DNA of 64,000 nt from sequence record MH383160.1. One strand, written 5' to 3'. Below are positions 49,955 through 60,329 of this stretch, in pieces. Below the pieces are notes generated by a model that ran no database searches, was not told where the DNA came from, and saw only the letters and a list, made by a program, of their open reading frames with translations. The position numbers were made by a program, and so were the translations under genes. Within the stretch, counting starts at the first letter, position 1. Every line of letters starts with the position of its first letter.

Positions 49955-52651
49955 TTACCAGTTTATGGTTCCTGTTTGTGATGGTAGACCGTAGCTAACT
50001 GGGAACGATGAACCTGCTGATTCAAGTGAAGCACCAAATATATCTAAACGGGAACGTTTTTGTATATTAATTGTTTCGATTTGAATTGCATTAGTTTGAA
50101 TTGTACCTATCCAAAAAATATTATATGCAGTTGTTCCTGTTTCAGAAATAACATCAGTAGTTATGTAATAGTTTGCCAATCCTTGTTCCAATTTAACATA
50201 TACATAAAATGTTGTATTTGCTGGATTAGACTTAATAGTTCTCAAATCAATATTTGAAACTGGTAGTGAAAATGACTTACCTGAAAGAATAACTGGTGTT
50301 TCCTCTGTAAAATATACAATAAACCCTTGAGCAACGTCCTGGGATACTACGTTAATTGGGCTACCTTGTGCAGTCCAGTTATTATAGTCTGCAATCGTTG
50401 TTCCATATTTTTTGAATGTCATTTTATTTGAGTAATCAATTGGTTCAAAAATTCCAAAACCAATACCAGGTAATGCTGCTGGTTGACTTCCTTGTTCATA
50501 ACTGGCATGAGATCCAGTAATTATAAAACTTGTAAATTGTGCAGTTGATTTAGTTACATATGCTCTAAATTGATGAGTTGCAGTATTACCTATTGTTGGA
50601 TGTGATAATGGGTCAGAACCACCAATGAAGTAGAATGAACCACCATCATATATTGTCAAACCAACAGAAGAAGATGCAATCGAACCATTCCCAGTTGGTG
50701 TAAAGTTATCACCATACGTATTCTCAAGTACTAAACGCTTAAATGTAATAGATGTAATATTACCAACTCTAGTATTGACATTAACTTCAGCAATTCTAAT
50801 ATAGTTTCTATAATCATTAGTAATTGTACTCAACATAACAAAAGCTGGAATGTCTGTTTGTTGTGGAACAAATAGTGTCATATCACGGTATGCTTGTGCT
50901 GATAAATTCCAATCACTTAGAACTTTGGCATATTCAGTATTTCTAAAATTGTCCAGTACTGATTGTGTAACGCTTATAATTCCTGTGCCATTTAAGTTTT
51001 TATCATAGGATAATGATTGTGAATAACGTTGCCCAACCATAAAAATACCACCATTGGTTGTGACAGTTGACCCAGAAATACTACTAATAAAAATTCTATT
51101 ATTTGCATTATCATCAACATTAGCACGTTCAACTGTAGGTTCATAACCTTGTATTGTTCCTAAAGATAATGATTTAAATGTAAAATTAGGAGTACTTTTA
51201 TGAACTGCATATGATGGTCTAAATCCACCACTACCTGATGCACGTGAATATTGTTTAGTACTGTTATCTGGTAGTAATTCTACACCATTAATAAATGAAC
51301 CAACCGCTGAACCAAAAGACGGGCGAACTATACCACCTTTGAAGTCAGTAGAAAGTACAGCACGGACATTCAGCATACTATAAACTATTTGAATAGGAAA
51401 CTTAGCTTTTTGCATAAGTAATGGTTCTGCTAAGTTTGGACATGCAGTACAAAAAGCTTCACCAGAATTCAAATAAAAATATGAACTATAAATGTTTCTT
51501 GCATTTGCATGGTTATACAATGGATCGTTATTTAAAACGTTACCAGTAGGAACTAATGCCGAACCAGTATTAGTTATAACTAATGGTGCTTGATATGAAC
51601 CAATATCGTTACCTGCATCTAATGTACATTGTTTAGTACTCATATTGAACACAAAACTGTAACTATGCTGTGGACGTGTATTATATGTTGCCATTGTAAA
51701 CCAAGCGTCCCCGTTCATTCTAAAGCGGAAATTCTGCGTTCCTGGCTGCTGTGCAACATATAAATCAATTGATGTCATGTAAATCCCAATACCACGTAGA
51801 TTTTGTGGAACATACACATAAGGTTTATCAGCAATATTTGTTGATGTTACCTGATTAGTAATAACCATATTATTTTGTGCAGAATAAGTTGTGTTATAAA
51901 ATGTTTTAGTAGTCCATCCAGTAATTCGAGTTGCAGTATAAGTACCATTGCTTATATTATAAACAACTTTAACAACAACTAATTGTAGTTGGTTATTTTC
52001 ATTAAGTACGTTAAAAACATATATAGAACCATCTTCTGCCATCATAGCATATTCAATACCACCTTCAGGTGATATATCTGCTTGGTTAACGAAAAAACCA
52101 GTATGCAATTTATCATCTAATGTACCATTGGTAATTGATATGAACAAACCATTAGTACTGTTAGAAGTATCAATATATCTACCGAGTAAAATATTTGGAT
52201 CAGTATTGTATAAACCAATCGCAACTCTATTTGAACCAAAAAACCCAGGCTTGTATTGACGACTGGTGTTAATTGTACGGCTCATGTCATCAACTGATAA
52301 TGCGTTAGCCAAATATGAATAAAATAATCCCTCAACACTACCGTTTGTCCCACTACGTAAAAGTACTAGTGTACCATCGTTTTCTAATAAAATTTTATTT
52401 CTACGTTGTGACTGGTTTTCTGATGCACCATTGAAATCCCCAGAAACACCCGCAGGTAGATAGTTTTGTGAACCATAATGGGAGATTGGCATCATACTTA
52501 CTATATCTAGTACTTCATCTCTGGAATAAGTATCTAATTCCAAGTTACCGTTGGAATCAAAAACTTGTTCATTTATTCCTTGAATTGTTCTTTTACCATT
52601 AACTGTCACATTATGTGTGACATCTAAGCCACCATATATTTTCTTTGACAT
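49955..52651 (-). CDS. large tail/baseplate-associated structural protein, paralog D
   Basis: MPISHYG...LRSGTNGS; shared C-terminal module; TAAATA at 52686-52691. Confidence 0.7.
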   Translation of the reverse strand: MSKKIYGGLDVTHNVTVNGKRTIQGINEQVFDSNGNLELDTYSRDEVLDIVSMMPISHYGSQNYLPAGVSGDFNGASENQSQRRNKILLENDGTLVLLRSGTNGSVEGLFYSYLANALSVDDMSRTINTSRQYKPGFFGSNRVAIGLYNTDPNILLGRYIDTSNSTNGLFISITNGTLDDKLHTGFFVNQADISPEGGIEYAMMAEDGSIYVFNVLNENNQLQLVVVKVVYNISNGTYTATRITGWTTKTFYNTTYSAQNNMVITNQVTSTNIADKPYVYVPQNLRGIGIYMTSIDLYVAQQPGTQNFRFRMNGDAWFTMATYNTRPQHSYSFVFNMSTKQCTLDAGNDIGSYQAPLVITNTGSALVPTGNVLNNDPLYNHANARNIYSSYFYLNSGEAFCTACPNLAEPLLMQKAKFPIQIVYSMLNVRAVLSTDFKGGIVRPSFGSAVGSFINGVELLPDNSTKQYSRASGSGGFRPSYAVHKSTPNFTFKSLSLGTIQGYEPTVERANVDDNANNRIFISSISGSTVTTNGGIFMVGQRYSQSLSYDKNLNGTGIISVTQSVLDNFRNTEYAKVLSDWNLSAQAYRDMTLFVPQQTDIPAFVMLSTITNDYRNYIRIAEVNVNTRVGNITSITFKRLVLENTYGDNFTPTGNGSIASSSVGLTIYDGGSFYFIGGSDPLSHPTIGNTATHQFRAYVTKSTAQFTSFIITGSHASYEQGSQPAALPGIGFGIFEPIDYSNKMTFKKYGTTIADYNNWTAQGSPINVVSQDVAQGFIVYFTEETPVILSGKSFSLPVSNIDLRTIKSNPANTTFYVYVKLEQGLANYYITTDVISETGTTAYNIFWIGTIQTNAIQIETINIQKRSRLDIFGASLESAGSSFPVSYGLPSQTGTINW

Positions 52652-52701
52652 TATATATCCCTTATAAATTAGATATTAGTTAATGTATTTATATACATAA
52701 T

Positions 52702-52724
52702 AAAAAAGCACCCAACGGGTGCTT
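52702..52724 (-). terminator. intrinsic terminator
   Basis: AAGCACCC-AAC-GGGTGCTT with A run on + strand. Confidence 0.8.
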
Positions 52725-52727
52725 ATG

Positions 52728-53198
52728 CTAAAAATCTTTATTTTTATATAGTATTCTTTGATTATTTGAACCACGGAAAGGTAATTTTAAATTCTTTTCG
52801 GACTCAATAAACTTACCATCAACTAATACATCTAAGTACTGAAGTATATCTTTAGCATGATTTTTCATAATCTCATCTAAAGTATACCCACTCCAGCACC
52901 AAATAGTTTTACTAGGATAAGTTTCTTTAACTACTTTGCATAGATTTAAAACTTCATCTATATTCTTTTTCATTAATGGATCGCCGCCTAGAAGTGACAA
53001 ACCACTAACATATGGTTTTTTTAGTTCCTGTAGTATAATCTCAACTGTTTCAGTACTGAACAATTGACCACTTCTGTAATCCCATGCTTCTTCATTGAAG
53101 CAACCATCACATCCGTGCGAACACCCACTAACAAATAAAGAGCAGCGAACGCCCTCTCCATTTACTAAATCATCCTTGATTATCGTCTGGTAATTCAT
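52728..53198 (-). CDS. nrdG: anaerobic ribonucleotide reductase activase
   Basis: NGEGVRCSLFVSGCSHGCDGCFN radical-SAM motif; FRGSNNQ. Confidence 0.95.
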   Translation of the reverse strand: MNYQTIIKDDLVNGEGVRCSLFVSGCSHGCDGCFNEEAWDYRSGQLFSTETVEIILQELKKPYVSGLSLLGGDPLMKKNIDEVLNLCKVVKETYPSKTIWCWSGYTLDEIMKNHAKDILQYLDVLVDGKFIESEKNLKLPFRGSNNQRILYKNKDF

Positions 53199-53502
53199 CT
53201 AATATTGCACTCACTATTTCGACAAGAACATCGCCGTGACATGATTTTGGTTTACAGAAACAACCAAGGCGTTTCCCTGCGAGTTCAAGTAATTCATCAA
53301 TCTTAACTTCTCCACAAGAAATACGTTCAATAATGTATTCTCTGAATTTTTCAATTGATTCTTCTCTTGTACTAACAATGAACTCGGCTTTGGTTTGTTT
53401 ATCTTTAATATGGGTAAATGGGTTTCCCCATTTAGACCCACGTCCAATATACACATCATACGGTTCTTTGTATTTGTTAACCACAATTGGCTTTAAATCC
53501 AT
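53170..53502 (-). CDS. DUF4326-family protein
   Basis: YIGRGSKWGNPF; LGCFCKPKSCHGDVL. Confidence 0.85.
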   Translation of the reverse strand: MDLKPIVVNKYKEPYDVYIGRGSKWGNPFTHIKDKQTKAEFIVSTREESIEKFREYIIERISCGEVKIDELLELAGKRLGCFCKPKSCHGDVLVEIVSAILDELPDDNQG

Positions 53503-53510
53503 AATTTACC

Positions 53511-55316
53511 TTATTTGTGCTGAATACGCTCGCAACACTCTTGTTGCTTGCCTTTATTGAAGCCACGCGAAGAAGGATTACCCAAGTACCCAGAAACACG
53601 ACGAATCACTGAGATTGTCTTCTCATTACGATTATCACATACAGGACAGTGGAAACCATGTTTATCTACACTGAACTCACCCTGGAAGCCACATTCATAA
53701 CAATGGTCAACTGGTTGGTTAATACCAAAATATGGTATCTTAGTGTACGCATAGTTAACTAATGTTTCAAGTGCTTGAATGTTGTTTGCTAAGTTTGGAG
53801 ATTCAACATAACTGATGTTTCCACCGTTACTTAGGTAAGCAAACCCTTCTTCATAACTCCATTTATCAAATGGAGAACTTTCTACCCATACTGGTTGATG
53901 GAAGGAATTTGTGATGTAATCACGTTTTAGTACTGAAGGATATTTTGCTTCAATGCAACGTGCAAATTTATAACAAAGCGACTCTGCTGGAGTTCCATAT
54001 AGACTAAAAGCAATATTACTTTCTTTTTTGAACTCATCACATTTTACTTTCATATAATTCAGTACTGACATACAAAACTCCTTACTGATAGAACCAGTGA
54101 GGATTTCTGAACATTCAACAAGACCAACATAACCAATACTAATACTAGCATAACCATTGTAAAATAGCTTGTCAATTGTTTCTTCTGCACCTAAACGTGC
54201 TAATGCACCTTCCATGAACAAAATTGGATTCTGCTTCGCTTTAGTGCCTTTTAAACGATCCACACGGTTCATCTGAGCACGATATGCAATATTCATGTGC
54301 TCGTCTATCTTATCAAAAAACTCTCCATCAGAAGCACTCTCAAGAGCAATTAGAGGTAAATTGATAGAAACTACGCCTAAATTGAAACGACCGTTGTATT
54401 GTTCATTTCCATTTGAATCTTCCCATTTTCCTAAGAATGAACGACAGCCCATCGGTGTTACAGCAGTACTACTACTTCCAGTCACTTTGTGATTTAATGG
54501 TACTGAAACAAAATCTGGATAGATTCTTTTTGATGCACAACGCATAGCTAACTGTTTGAGGTCATAATTGCTATCATTTGCATTCATGTTTATACCATCT
54601 TGTAGAAAGAAAATAACTTTAGGAAACACTGGAGTAATCTTATCTTTACCTAAACCATTCTCATGAACTTTTAAGTACTGTTCAGTAATTAATTTACCAA
54701 ATTTAGAAGTATTAAGACCTAAACTAAGAGAAATAAATGCAGCTTGACCATTAGTACTAATCATTGAATTAGTTTGGTAAAGTAATGTTTGACAGCCATC
54801 GTATACTTCTTTTCGTAGTTCTTCTTCAATGAATTCATCACTTAGATTATATTTCTTTTGTTTTTCTAACAGCTTATCCCATGACTTTTGAACGTAAGGT
54901 TCAAGACCAACGTCAATATGAGCCAACGATTGTCCACCATACTGGGAACTAGCAACAGCCTGAACAATTTGTGTCAGTACTGTACATGCTACACTAAAAC
55001 TCTTTGGTTCTTCAATTTTGGCACAACCAATGGTAAATCCATTTTTTAGCATATCTGGGTAGTTAACTAAGCAACAGTTGGTTAATGGGCTGATATAGTA
55101 GTCTAAATCATGAATATGACCATAACCATCATTATGCCACTGCATTAGCTCATTTGGAATAACATCTTGTGAATAATGCTTAGATAGGATACCTGCAAGT
55201 AAATCCCTGTGTGTATTGACGCATTTCGCATCTTTGTTCGCATTTTCGTTGGTAAGATCAGTATTGCTCTGATTGAGGAAATTCGTTACGTCAGTATATA
55301 ATTTATCTAATTGCAT
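53511..55316 (-). CDS. nrdD: anaerobic (class III) ribonucleoside-triphosphate reductase
   Basis: Start moved to ATG 55316 (AAGGA SD); HIHDLDY, TNCC, PMGCRSFL, TPAESLC, CYEC/CPVC, RRVSGYL. Confidence 0.95.
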   Translation of the reverse strand: MQLDKLYTDVTNFLNQSNTDLTNENANKDAKCVNTHRDLLAGILSKHYSQDVIPNELMQWHNDGYGHIHDLDYYISPLTNCCLVNYPDMLKNGFTIGCAKIEEPKSFSVACTVLTQIVQAVASSQYGGQSLAHIDVGLEPYVQKSWDKLLEKQKKYNLSDEFIEEELRKEVYDGCQTLLYQTNSMISTNGQAAFISLSLGLNTSKFGKLITEQYLKVHENGLGKDKITPVFPKVIFFLQDGINMNANDSNYDLKQLAMRCASKRIYPDFVSVPLNHKVTGSSSTAVTPMGCRSFLGKWEDSNGNEQYNGRFNLGVVSINLPLIALESASDGEFFDKIDEHMNIAYRAQMNRVDRLKGTKAKQNPILFMEGALARLGAEETIDKLFYNGYASISIGYVGLVECSEILTGSISKEFCMSVLNYMKVKCDEFKKESNIAFSLYGTPAESLCYKFARCIEAKYPSVLKRDYITNSFHQPVWVESSPFDKWSYEEGFAYLSNGGNISYVESPNLANNIQALETLVNYAYTKIPYFGINQPVDHCYECGFQGEFSVDKHGFHCPVCDNRNEKTISVIRRVSGYLGNPSSRGFNKGKQQECCERIQHK

Positions 55317-55454
55317 TGTACATTCCTTGTATTTTGAAATCATCTGGGGGTGAAGATATTTAATATCACCAGACAACATTATAGCGTCAGAACAGGTTAT
55401 TTCTCTTGACCTATATCAAGGAAAAGTCACATTGGTTTTTATTTGCACAAATAG

Positions 55455-55477
55455 AAAAAGCACCACTAGGGTGCTTT
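55455..55477 (-). terminator. intrinsic terminator
   Basis: AAAGCACC-ACTAG-GGTGCTTT. Confidence 0.75.
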
Positions 55478-55592
55478 AAAGTACTGCTAATATAACAACT
55501 GCCCAAATTAACAGTAATACATTGGTTGGTGCGGAAAAAAGCATATATGCAGCAAGTGCACTACAACCTATGACAAGTTTAGCTAGTCTCAT
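55476..55592 (-). CDS. small membrane protein (38 aa, below track cutoff)
   Basis: MRLAKLVIGCSALAAYMLFSAPTNVLLLIWAVVILAVL*. Confidence 0.55.
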   Translation of the reverse strand: MRLAKLVIGCSALAAYMLFSAPTNVLLLIWAVVILAVL

Positions 55593-55764
55593 CTGGACTC
55601 CATGTAATAGTCACTGTGAAAGTGCCTTCCTGAAAACCAAACTCATCTTGTGGGATTTGTTCAGCTAATGGGTTAAATCTTGAATCGAATGCTTCATGTA
55701 CGTCTCTTTGAATATCATAGAGACTTTCACCATCGTATTCTTTTTTGAAGATTTCATTCTGCAT
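55579..55764 (-). CDS. hypothetical protein
   Basis: 61-aa ORF overlapping its neighbours. Confidence 0.65.
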   Translation of the reverse strand: MQNEIFKKEYDGESLYDIQRDVHEAFDSRFNPLAEQIPQDEFGFQEGTFTVTITWSPDETS

Positions 55765-56164
55765 TTAAACGTAACGACCCTCGGATTGTATATGGATAAT
55801 TATCTAATAGATCGATTAGTCTATTAAATGTATGAGTACTGATGAATGGATGTTTCTTAGCTAGTTCAATGCGTTTTTCAAAATCCATTATTGTAATCTC
55901 GGTTCTATTGAAACTACCTTTACGTCTGTACGTTAGTAAACGCTCTTTATGTCCATCAAGCTGGAAATCAAAATATGTTGTTGCATTATAATCACTATCA
56001 TCACTGATAGGCCTTGAAAGATCCAGATTATACGTAGTTCCAATCGCAAAAAAGTATCCACCATCTTCCAATGGAATATCTTTGTCGCTTAGATTGAAAT
56101 CTGTTTCATCACCTAGTATATCAAATATCTTGATACTTAGTGACATAAATTCATCAGCTAACAT
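55754..56164 (-). CDS. hypothetical protein
   Basis: 136-aa ORF. Confidence 0.65.
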   Translation of the reverse strand: MLADEFMSLSIKIFDILGDETDFNLSDKDIPLEDGGYFFAIGTTYNLDLSRPISDDSDYNATTYFDFQLDGHKERLLTYRRKGSFNRTEITIMDFEKRIELAKKHPFISTHTFNRLIDLLDNYPYTIRGSLRLNAE

Positions 56165-56175
56165 TTCTTTTTACC

Positions 56176-56394
56176 TTATTTGATAACTCTACAGTAGTAC
56201 TGAATAATGTAAGGAAATAAAGGATTATTTACGTATGTTGCAAAATTAGCTATTGTAACTTTTTTATAGTACGAATTATGAATTGTTATAAGAGTGTGGG
56301 GATCTATTGATTCTCTATTAGAGAGTTCAACATAACGCCCACACTTCATATAAGCCTTACCATAATAATCGTAAATTATATCGTATTTTTCCAT
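56176..56394 (-). CDS. hypothetical protein
   Basis: 72-aa ORF. Confidence 0.55.
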   Translation of the reverse strand: MEKYDIIYDYYGKAYMKCGRYVELSNRESIDPHTLITIHNSYYKKVTIANFATYVNNPLFPYIIQYYCRVIK

Positions 56395-56753
56395 TTATTC
56401 AGGATCTTTATTTTTATCAACTGTGTTGTTTTTATTCAAATCAATTTGCAAAGCCATTGCAGCTTCAGCATTTTCTTCATGTGTGCCATTGAATTTATAC
56501 CCATTCTTGATGAGATTCACGGTGTAGTACTTATTATAAAGAAATGCCCATACAACCATTGCAATTGTACCCACAATCCAAAATGACACTGCGTTGAGGA
56601 TGAAGTAAATTACAAATGCACCGATGAACGTAATAAAGTCACCACGAAACAATGCAGGGAACGGTCCAAAGAATAATGTTGTCCAAGAAAAACCAAAGAA
56701 ACCATCTTTGCGTTGTCCTACATTTTCATTTTTTAAAGAAATTGTTTTAGCCA
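56395..56753 (-). CDS. HrgC/DUF2628-like membrane protein
   Basis: Start moved to ATG 56753 (AGGAG SD); GFSWTTLFFGPFPALFRGD; YNKYY...L...GY. Confidence 0.7.
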
Positions 56754-56764
56754 TTTTTAATCTC

Positions 56765-56986
56765 CTACTTTTTATTTGGGTTTGGTATACAGTACACAAA
56801 TACTAAATGATTAAAATGTTCTGTATTCGCATACTTTGCTAAGTCGGTTATGAGGAAGTTTGTATCTTTAAATCTGCCATCATTGTATGTTGTGATTTGA
56901 AAACGTAGTTCAGGTGCAAAAATATAATAATAGAATATATCATTTACACACCCAACAGTATGCTTAGCATATCTTTCAATTTTCAT
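56765..56986 (-). CDS. hypothetical protein
   Basis: ATGA overlap with deaminase stop. Confidence 0.55.
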   Translation of the reverse strand: MKIERYAKHTVGCVNDIFYYYIFAPELRFQITTYNDGRFKDTNFLITDLAKYANTEHFNHLVFVYCIPNPNKK

Positions 56987-57351
56987 GTGTGGATAATCTC
57001 TTTCACCCCATATTCTTTTATTGCTAATGAGCAAATTTCACATGGTTTAGCCGGAACAGGAATTCCATCTTTACTTATCCGTGCAATCAGTAAAGTATGA
57101 ACATCGGCACGAGCAGCCAGTAAACATGAAATTTCAGCATGAAGAAACTCACCTTGCGGTCGCCCAGCACGAATGGCGAAACCCTTCTGTACTGGGTGAG
57201 TCTGTGTATAAGAATTTGTGCGAGTTGCCAGTACTCTACCTTTTTTATCAAGTGCACGAGCAATAACACGATACCGTTTGTAATTTCCTACTTGTTCAAT
57301 AGGTGGCATCTGGCGTAATTCTTCGATTAGTTTCTCCAATTTACTATTCAT
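56983..57351 (-). CDS. zinc-dependent cytidine/dCMP deaminase-fold protein
   Basis: HAEISC and KPCEIC motifs. Confidence 0.85.
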   Translation of the reverse strand: MNSKLEKLIEELRQMPPIEQVGNYKRYRVIARALDKKGRVLATRTNSYTQTHPVQKGFAIRAGRPQGEFLHAEISCLLAARADVHTLLIARISKDGIPVPAKPCEICSLAIKEYGVKEIIHT

Positions 57352-57974
57352 AAGTCTAAGTCTATACCCTTTTCAATAGATTTCTCTAGAACCCAAAGTT
57401 TACATTCTTCACTCTCCAAATGTATCTTTGCCTCTTTCTGTTGTTCTATTGTACAAGACATTATGAATTCACGCAAGGCTTCTATCGTATTTTTTAAATT
57501 TTTTATATCATCGATGATTTTTTCTTTGGTTTCTTCATCGATTACACATGAACTCCAACTGTGTCGTTCCTCCCAAACAGTTTTAGTAGGATTAAAAATT
57601 GATGGAGTAGATTTGAATGCATGGATCTTATTAAATGTGTTATCTGCTTCTTGTTGGGTGTAATCACCATATGTGTTTAGCACATTTTTGTATAATTTAT
57701 CAATCGCCTCTTCATACGTATCACCACCACAATCCAATTGATAATCATGTGCTTGTACCCATTCGTCGTCTTGCTCAATATACATTGGTGAAAGAAATTC
57801 TACCCAAAATTGAGTCTTTGTATTCAATGCTTTGAAATCTTCAATTCGATTTGTCATTGGACACACATCATGAGGTTCTATATCAATCCTAGCTGGAACC
57901 ATATCTTTGTTTATGAATTTAGGATGAGCCAAAATCCACCAGTACTTTTCCGATGTAGTCATAGTAATCTCCAA
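57348..57974 (-). CDS. hypothetical protein
   Basis: 208-aa ORF. Confidence 0.7.
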   Translation of the reverse strand: MEITMTTSEKYWWILAHPKFINKDMVPARIDIEPHDVCPMTNRIEDFKALNTKTQFWVEFLSPMYIEQDDEWVQAHDYQLDCGGDTYEEAIDKLYKNVLNTYGDYTQQEADNTFNKIHAFKSTPSIFNPTKTVWEERHSWSSCVIDEETKEKIIDDIKNLKNTIEALREFIMSCTIEQQKEAKIHLESEECKLWVLEKSIEKGIDLDL

Positions 57975-58007
57975 TTAAAAAGTACTGCCATTATGACAGT
58001 ACTGATA

Positions 58008-58367
58008 TTAAATGTAACGTTTCTTTTTATAATCATACCCTACTGCTTTGTAAAAGTCAAACAAAGAAGCATGTTCAAATGTAGGTAATAGGTCATATGG
58101 ATGCTGATAGTTCGCAATACCAACAATAGCCAGCATTGATTCAGCAGTTCTTACGTTCTCACTATCCCATTCATCCAAACGCCACAGTGAGCAAAGTACC
58201 TCTCGTTCATGTTTCTTACCCAGAAAGAATCCAGCTTCACGGTCACGAAATGCACCTACACTGATAGTACTTTTGTACCAGTCTTTTTCACCATATAATG
58301 GCATACGGATAATATGTTTTTCTTTAGCTTCTCCAAAGCGATGAAGAAATGCTACATAATCACTCAT
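58008..58367 (-). CDS. hypothetical protein
   Basis: 119-aa ORF. Confidence 0.7.
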   Translation of the reverse strand: MSDYVAFLHRFGEAKEKHIIRMPLYGEKDWYKSTISVGAFRDREAGFFLGKKHEREVLCSLWRLDEWDSENVRTAESMLAIVGIANYQHPYDLLPTFEHASLFDFYKAVGYDYKKKRYI

Positions 58368-58534
58368 AATTTATAACCCATTACAGGTTTGGTATGATCC
58401 GGTTCGTAAGACTTTTCAGTACTGAACCCTCTGAAATTACCACGTCCTGGATTTGGACAAGCCATCCCTTGTACTGAATGCTTACCCTTATCTTTGCCAC
58501 AATTTTTACATTTGTAGTCAATTACTTCTTTCAT
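58364..58534 (-). CDS. small putative zinc-binding protein (56 aa, below track cutoff)
   Basis: MKEVIDYKCKNCGKDKGKH...ACP; ATGA overlaps at both ends. Confidence 0.65.
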   Translation of the reverse strand: MKEVIDYKCKNCGKDKGKHSVQGMACPNPGRGNFRGFSTEKSYEPDHTKPVMGYKL

Positions 58535-58764
58535 TGTGCATCCTTCGGAACAGTATTAAGACGTTTGCGATTCACAATCTTCCTGCACATGAGATTAAGA
58601 TCTTGCCCATGACGCATAGTATGACATGCGTATAGTGTTCCTTGGTGATTTAGTTTTGTTAAACCTTGACGGATGATTTCAGCATCCATCTCATCAACTT
58701 TAGGAGCACAACCACAGAGAATAATGGATACAAATATTGTTAATGTAATGAATATATTTTTCAT
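58531..58764 (-). CDS. small lipoprotein
   Basis: Signal peptide with ILCGC lipobox. Confidence 0.65.
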   Translation of the reverse strand: MKNIFITLTIFVSIILCGCAPKVDEMDAEIIRQGLTKLNHQGTLYACHTMRHGQDLNLMCRKIVNRKRLNTVPKDAQ

Positions 58765-58776
58765 GATATTTTTTTC

Positions 58777-59157
58777 TCATTTAGTAAAACACGAATTATT
58801 ACTGATAAGTTCATCAAGTACGTTTTGTACTTCGATAGAATTAATATCAACTTTGTAATAATTATAGTTTTTAATTCTAAAATGTTCTTTTGATATATCA
58901 ACTTTAAATTCAATAATATCAAGATTACCAATAAAATCAGACTTATCAGTTCTTAAATCCAAAATACCTAATTCCGGTTTTTGTGGTTTACATAAAATCA
59001 AACCAAATTTATTTTCTTCAAATGCCTGATTAAACATATCATAATAATCACTAATAACAAATCTAATATTATCAGTGCTTAACTTTCCTGATTTTCCTTT
59101 TTTATAAACAGAAACAATGTTTAGTTCAAAGGTTTTACCAAAGCGTGTGATTTTCAT
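58777..59157 (-). CDS. hypothetical protein
   Basis: 126-aa ORF. Confidence 0.65.
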   Translation of the reverse strand: MKITRFGKTFELNIVSVYKKGKSGKLSTDNIRFVISDYYDMFNQAFEENKFGLILCKPQKPELGILDLRTDKSDFIGNLDIIEFKVDISKEHFRIKNYNYYKVDINSIEVQNVLDELISNNSCFTK

Positions 59158-60125
59158 TTTGGGCTATAACCACTTTTAATTTTGGAAATTACTTTCTTCT
59201 CGAAGAACTTACGTGCTTCTTCAATAGTTTCGAATTCTTCACCATCAGTAGTACTGGTTTTACCAATAGCACCGTACTCAATAATTACTTCACACACTGG
59301 AGCATTCAATTCAATATTATAGAATTTGTTTGAAGAACCGTGAACATATTCCAAATGTACATTATCAGGAATGTTCTGTACATAATCATAGTTCTTGAAG
59401 ATAATATCAATCATATTTTCTTCGCCGCGATCAGGAAATAGTTCAGTATTATTCAGTACTAAACGCTGTGCAGCACGGAACATATCAAAATATTGTTCGC
59501 CTTTTTTCAGTTCTTTTGTATCAGAACAGAAATGACCATAGTATTCTACATAATCATTCCAAGGATAAATTCCTTCATCAGCAGTTTCAGACACGTAAGT
59601 TTCATCTTGTGGAACTTTAAAACCACGAGTTTTTGGATGAGAAATTAAGCACAGTGAAATATTATGACCGATATCTGAATCATCAGTAATACTACCACCA
59701 ACCATATGAACAACATTTTTAATACTTTCAAAATCTACATCTTCAATTTCATGATACATTAAATGTTCTTCAATATTACTTACTAGTAATGAATTACCAT
59801 TTCCGGCATCGAATTCAAAAATGAAAAGTTCTACACAATCTTCTTCTTTCATTTCAATAGTATCACTGAGTTTAATATACTCATTTTTTAATTGTTCAAT
59901 ATTTTCATGAGAACCAAAACTATAACGTGAACTGATATAACTACTACCGTCCAACCATCCCATATCCCAAGGTTCTTCTGACATGTATTCTGAGCTATAG
60001 AAATCAGTCAAATCATCTCTCTGAGTACAAACCGTAAGAGAACGAACATTACTAAGACCTTGAACTTCAAGATTCAGTACTGTAGTATTACCAATTTTTT
60101 GTTCAGAAATAATTTTAGTTTTCAT
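59154..60125 (-). CDS. protein with a C-terminal WGR domain
   Basis: SSNKFYNIEL...EYGAIG...EARKFFEKKVISKIKSGY. Confidence 0.7.
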   Translation of the reverse strand: MKTKIISEQKIGNTTVLNLEVQGLSNVRSLTVCTQRDDLTDFYSSEYMSEEPWDMGWLDGSSYISSRYSFGSHENIEQLKNEYIKLSDTIEMKEEDCVELFIFEFDAGNGNSLLVSNIEEHLMYHEIEDVDFESIKNVVHMVGGSITDDSDIGHNISLCLISHPKTRGFKVPQDETYVSETADEGIYPWNDYVEYYGHFCSDTKELKKGEQYFDMFRAAQRLVLNNTELFPDRGEENMIDIIFKNYDYVQNIPDNVHLEYVHGSSNKFYNIELNAPVCEVIIEYGAIGKTSTTDGEEFETIEEARKFFEKKVISKIKSGYSPK

Positions 60126-60134
60126 TTAAAATAC

Positions 60135-60329
60135 CTATTGAATTGATTTACGCCATTTGGCTAGTTTAACATTCATGTAAGTAAGGAACTCACGTTCCAT
60201 CTCTTCTGAACTCATATTATCGCATTACAAAGCGAACATGTCAAGTGCACAAATGCAAAGATCTACAGCTTCACCTTTGACACCATCTTTACCTGCTTCT
60301 TTATATGATAACCCATCACGGATGTTCAT
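60135..60329 (-). pseudogene. MazG-like (NTP pyrophosphohydrolase-fold) remnant with in-frame TAA
   Basis: MNIRDGLSYKEAGKDGVKGEAVDLCICALDMFAL*CDNMSSEEMEREFL...; TAA at 60225-60227. Confidence 0.55.
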
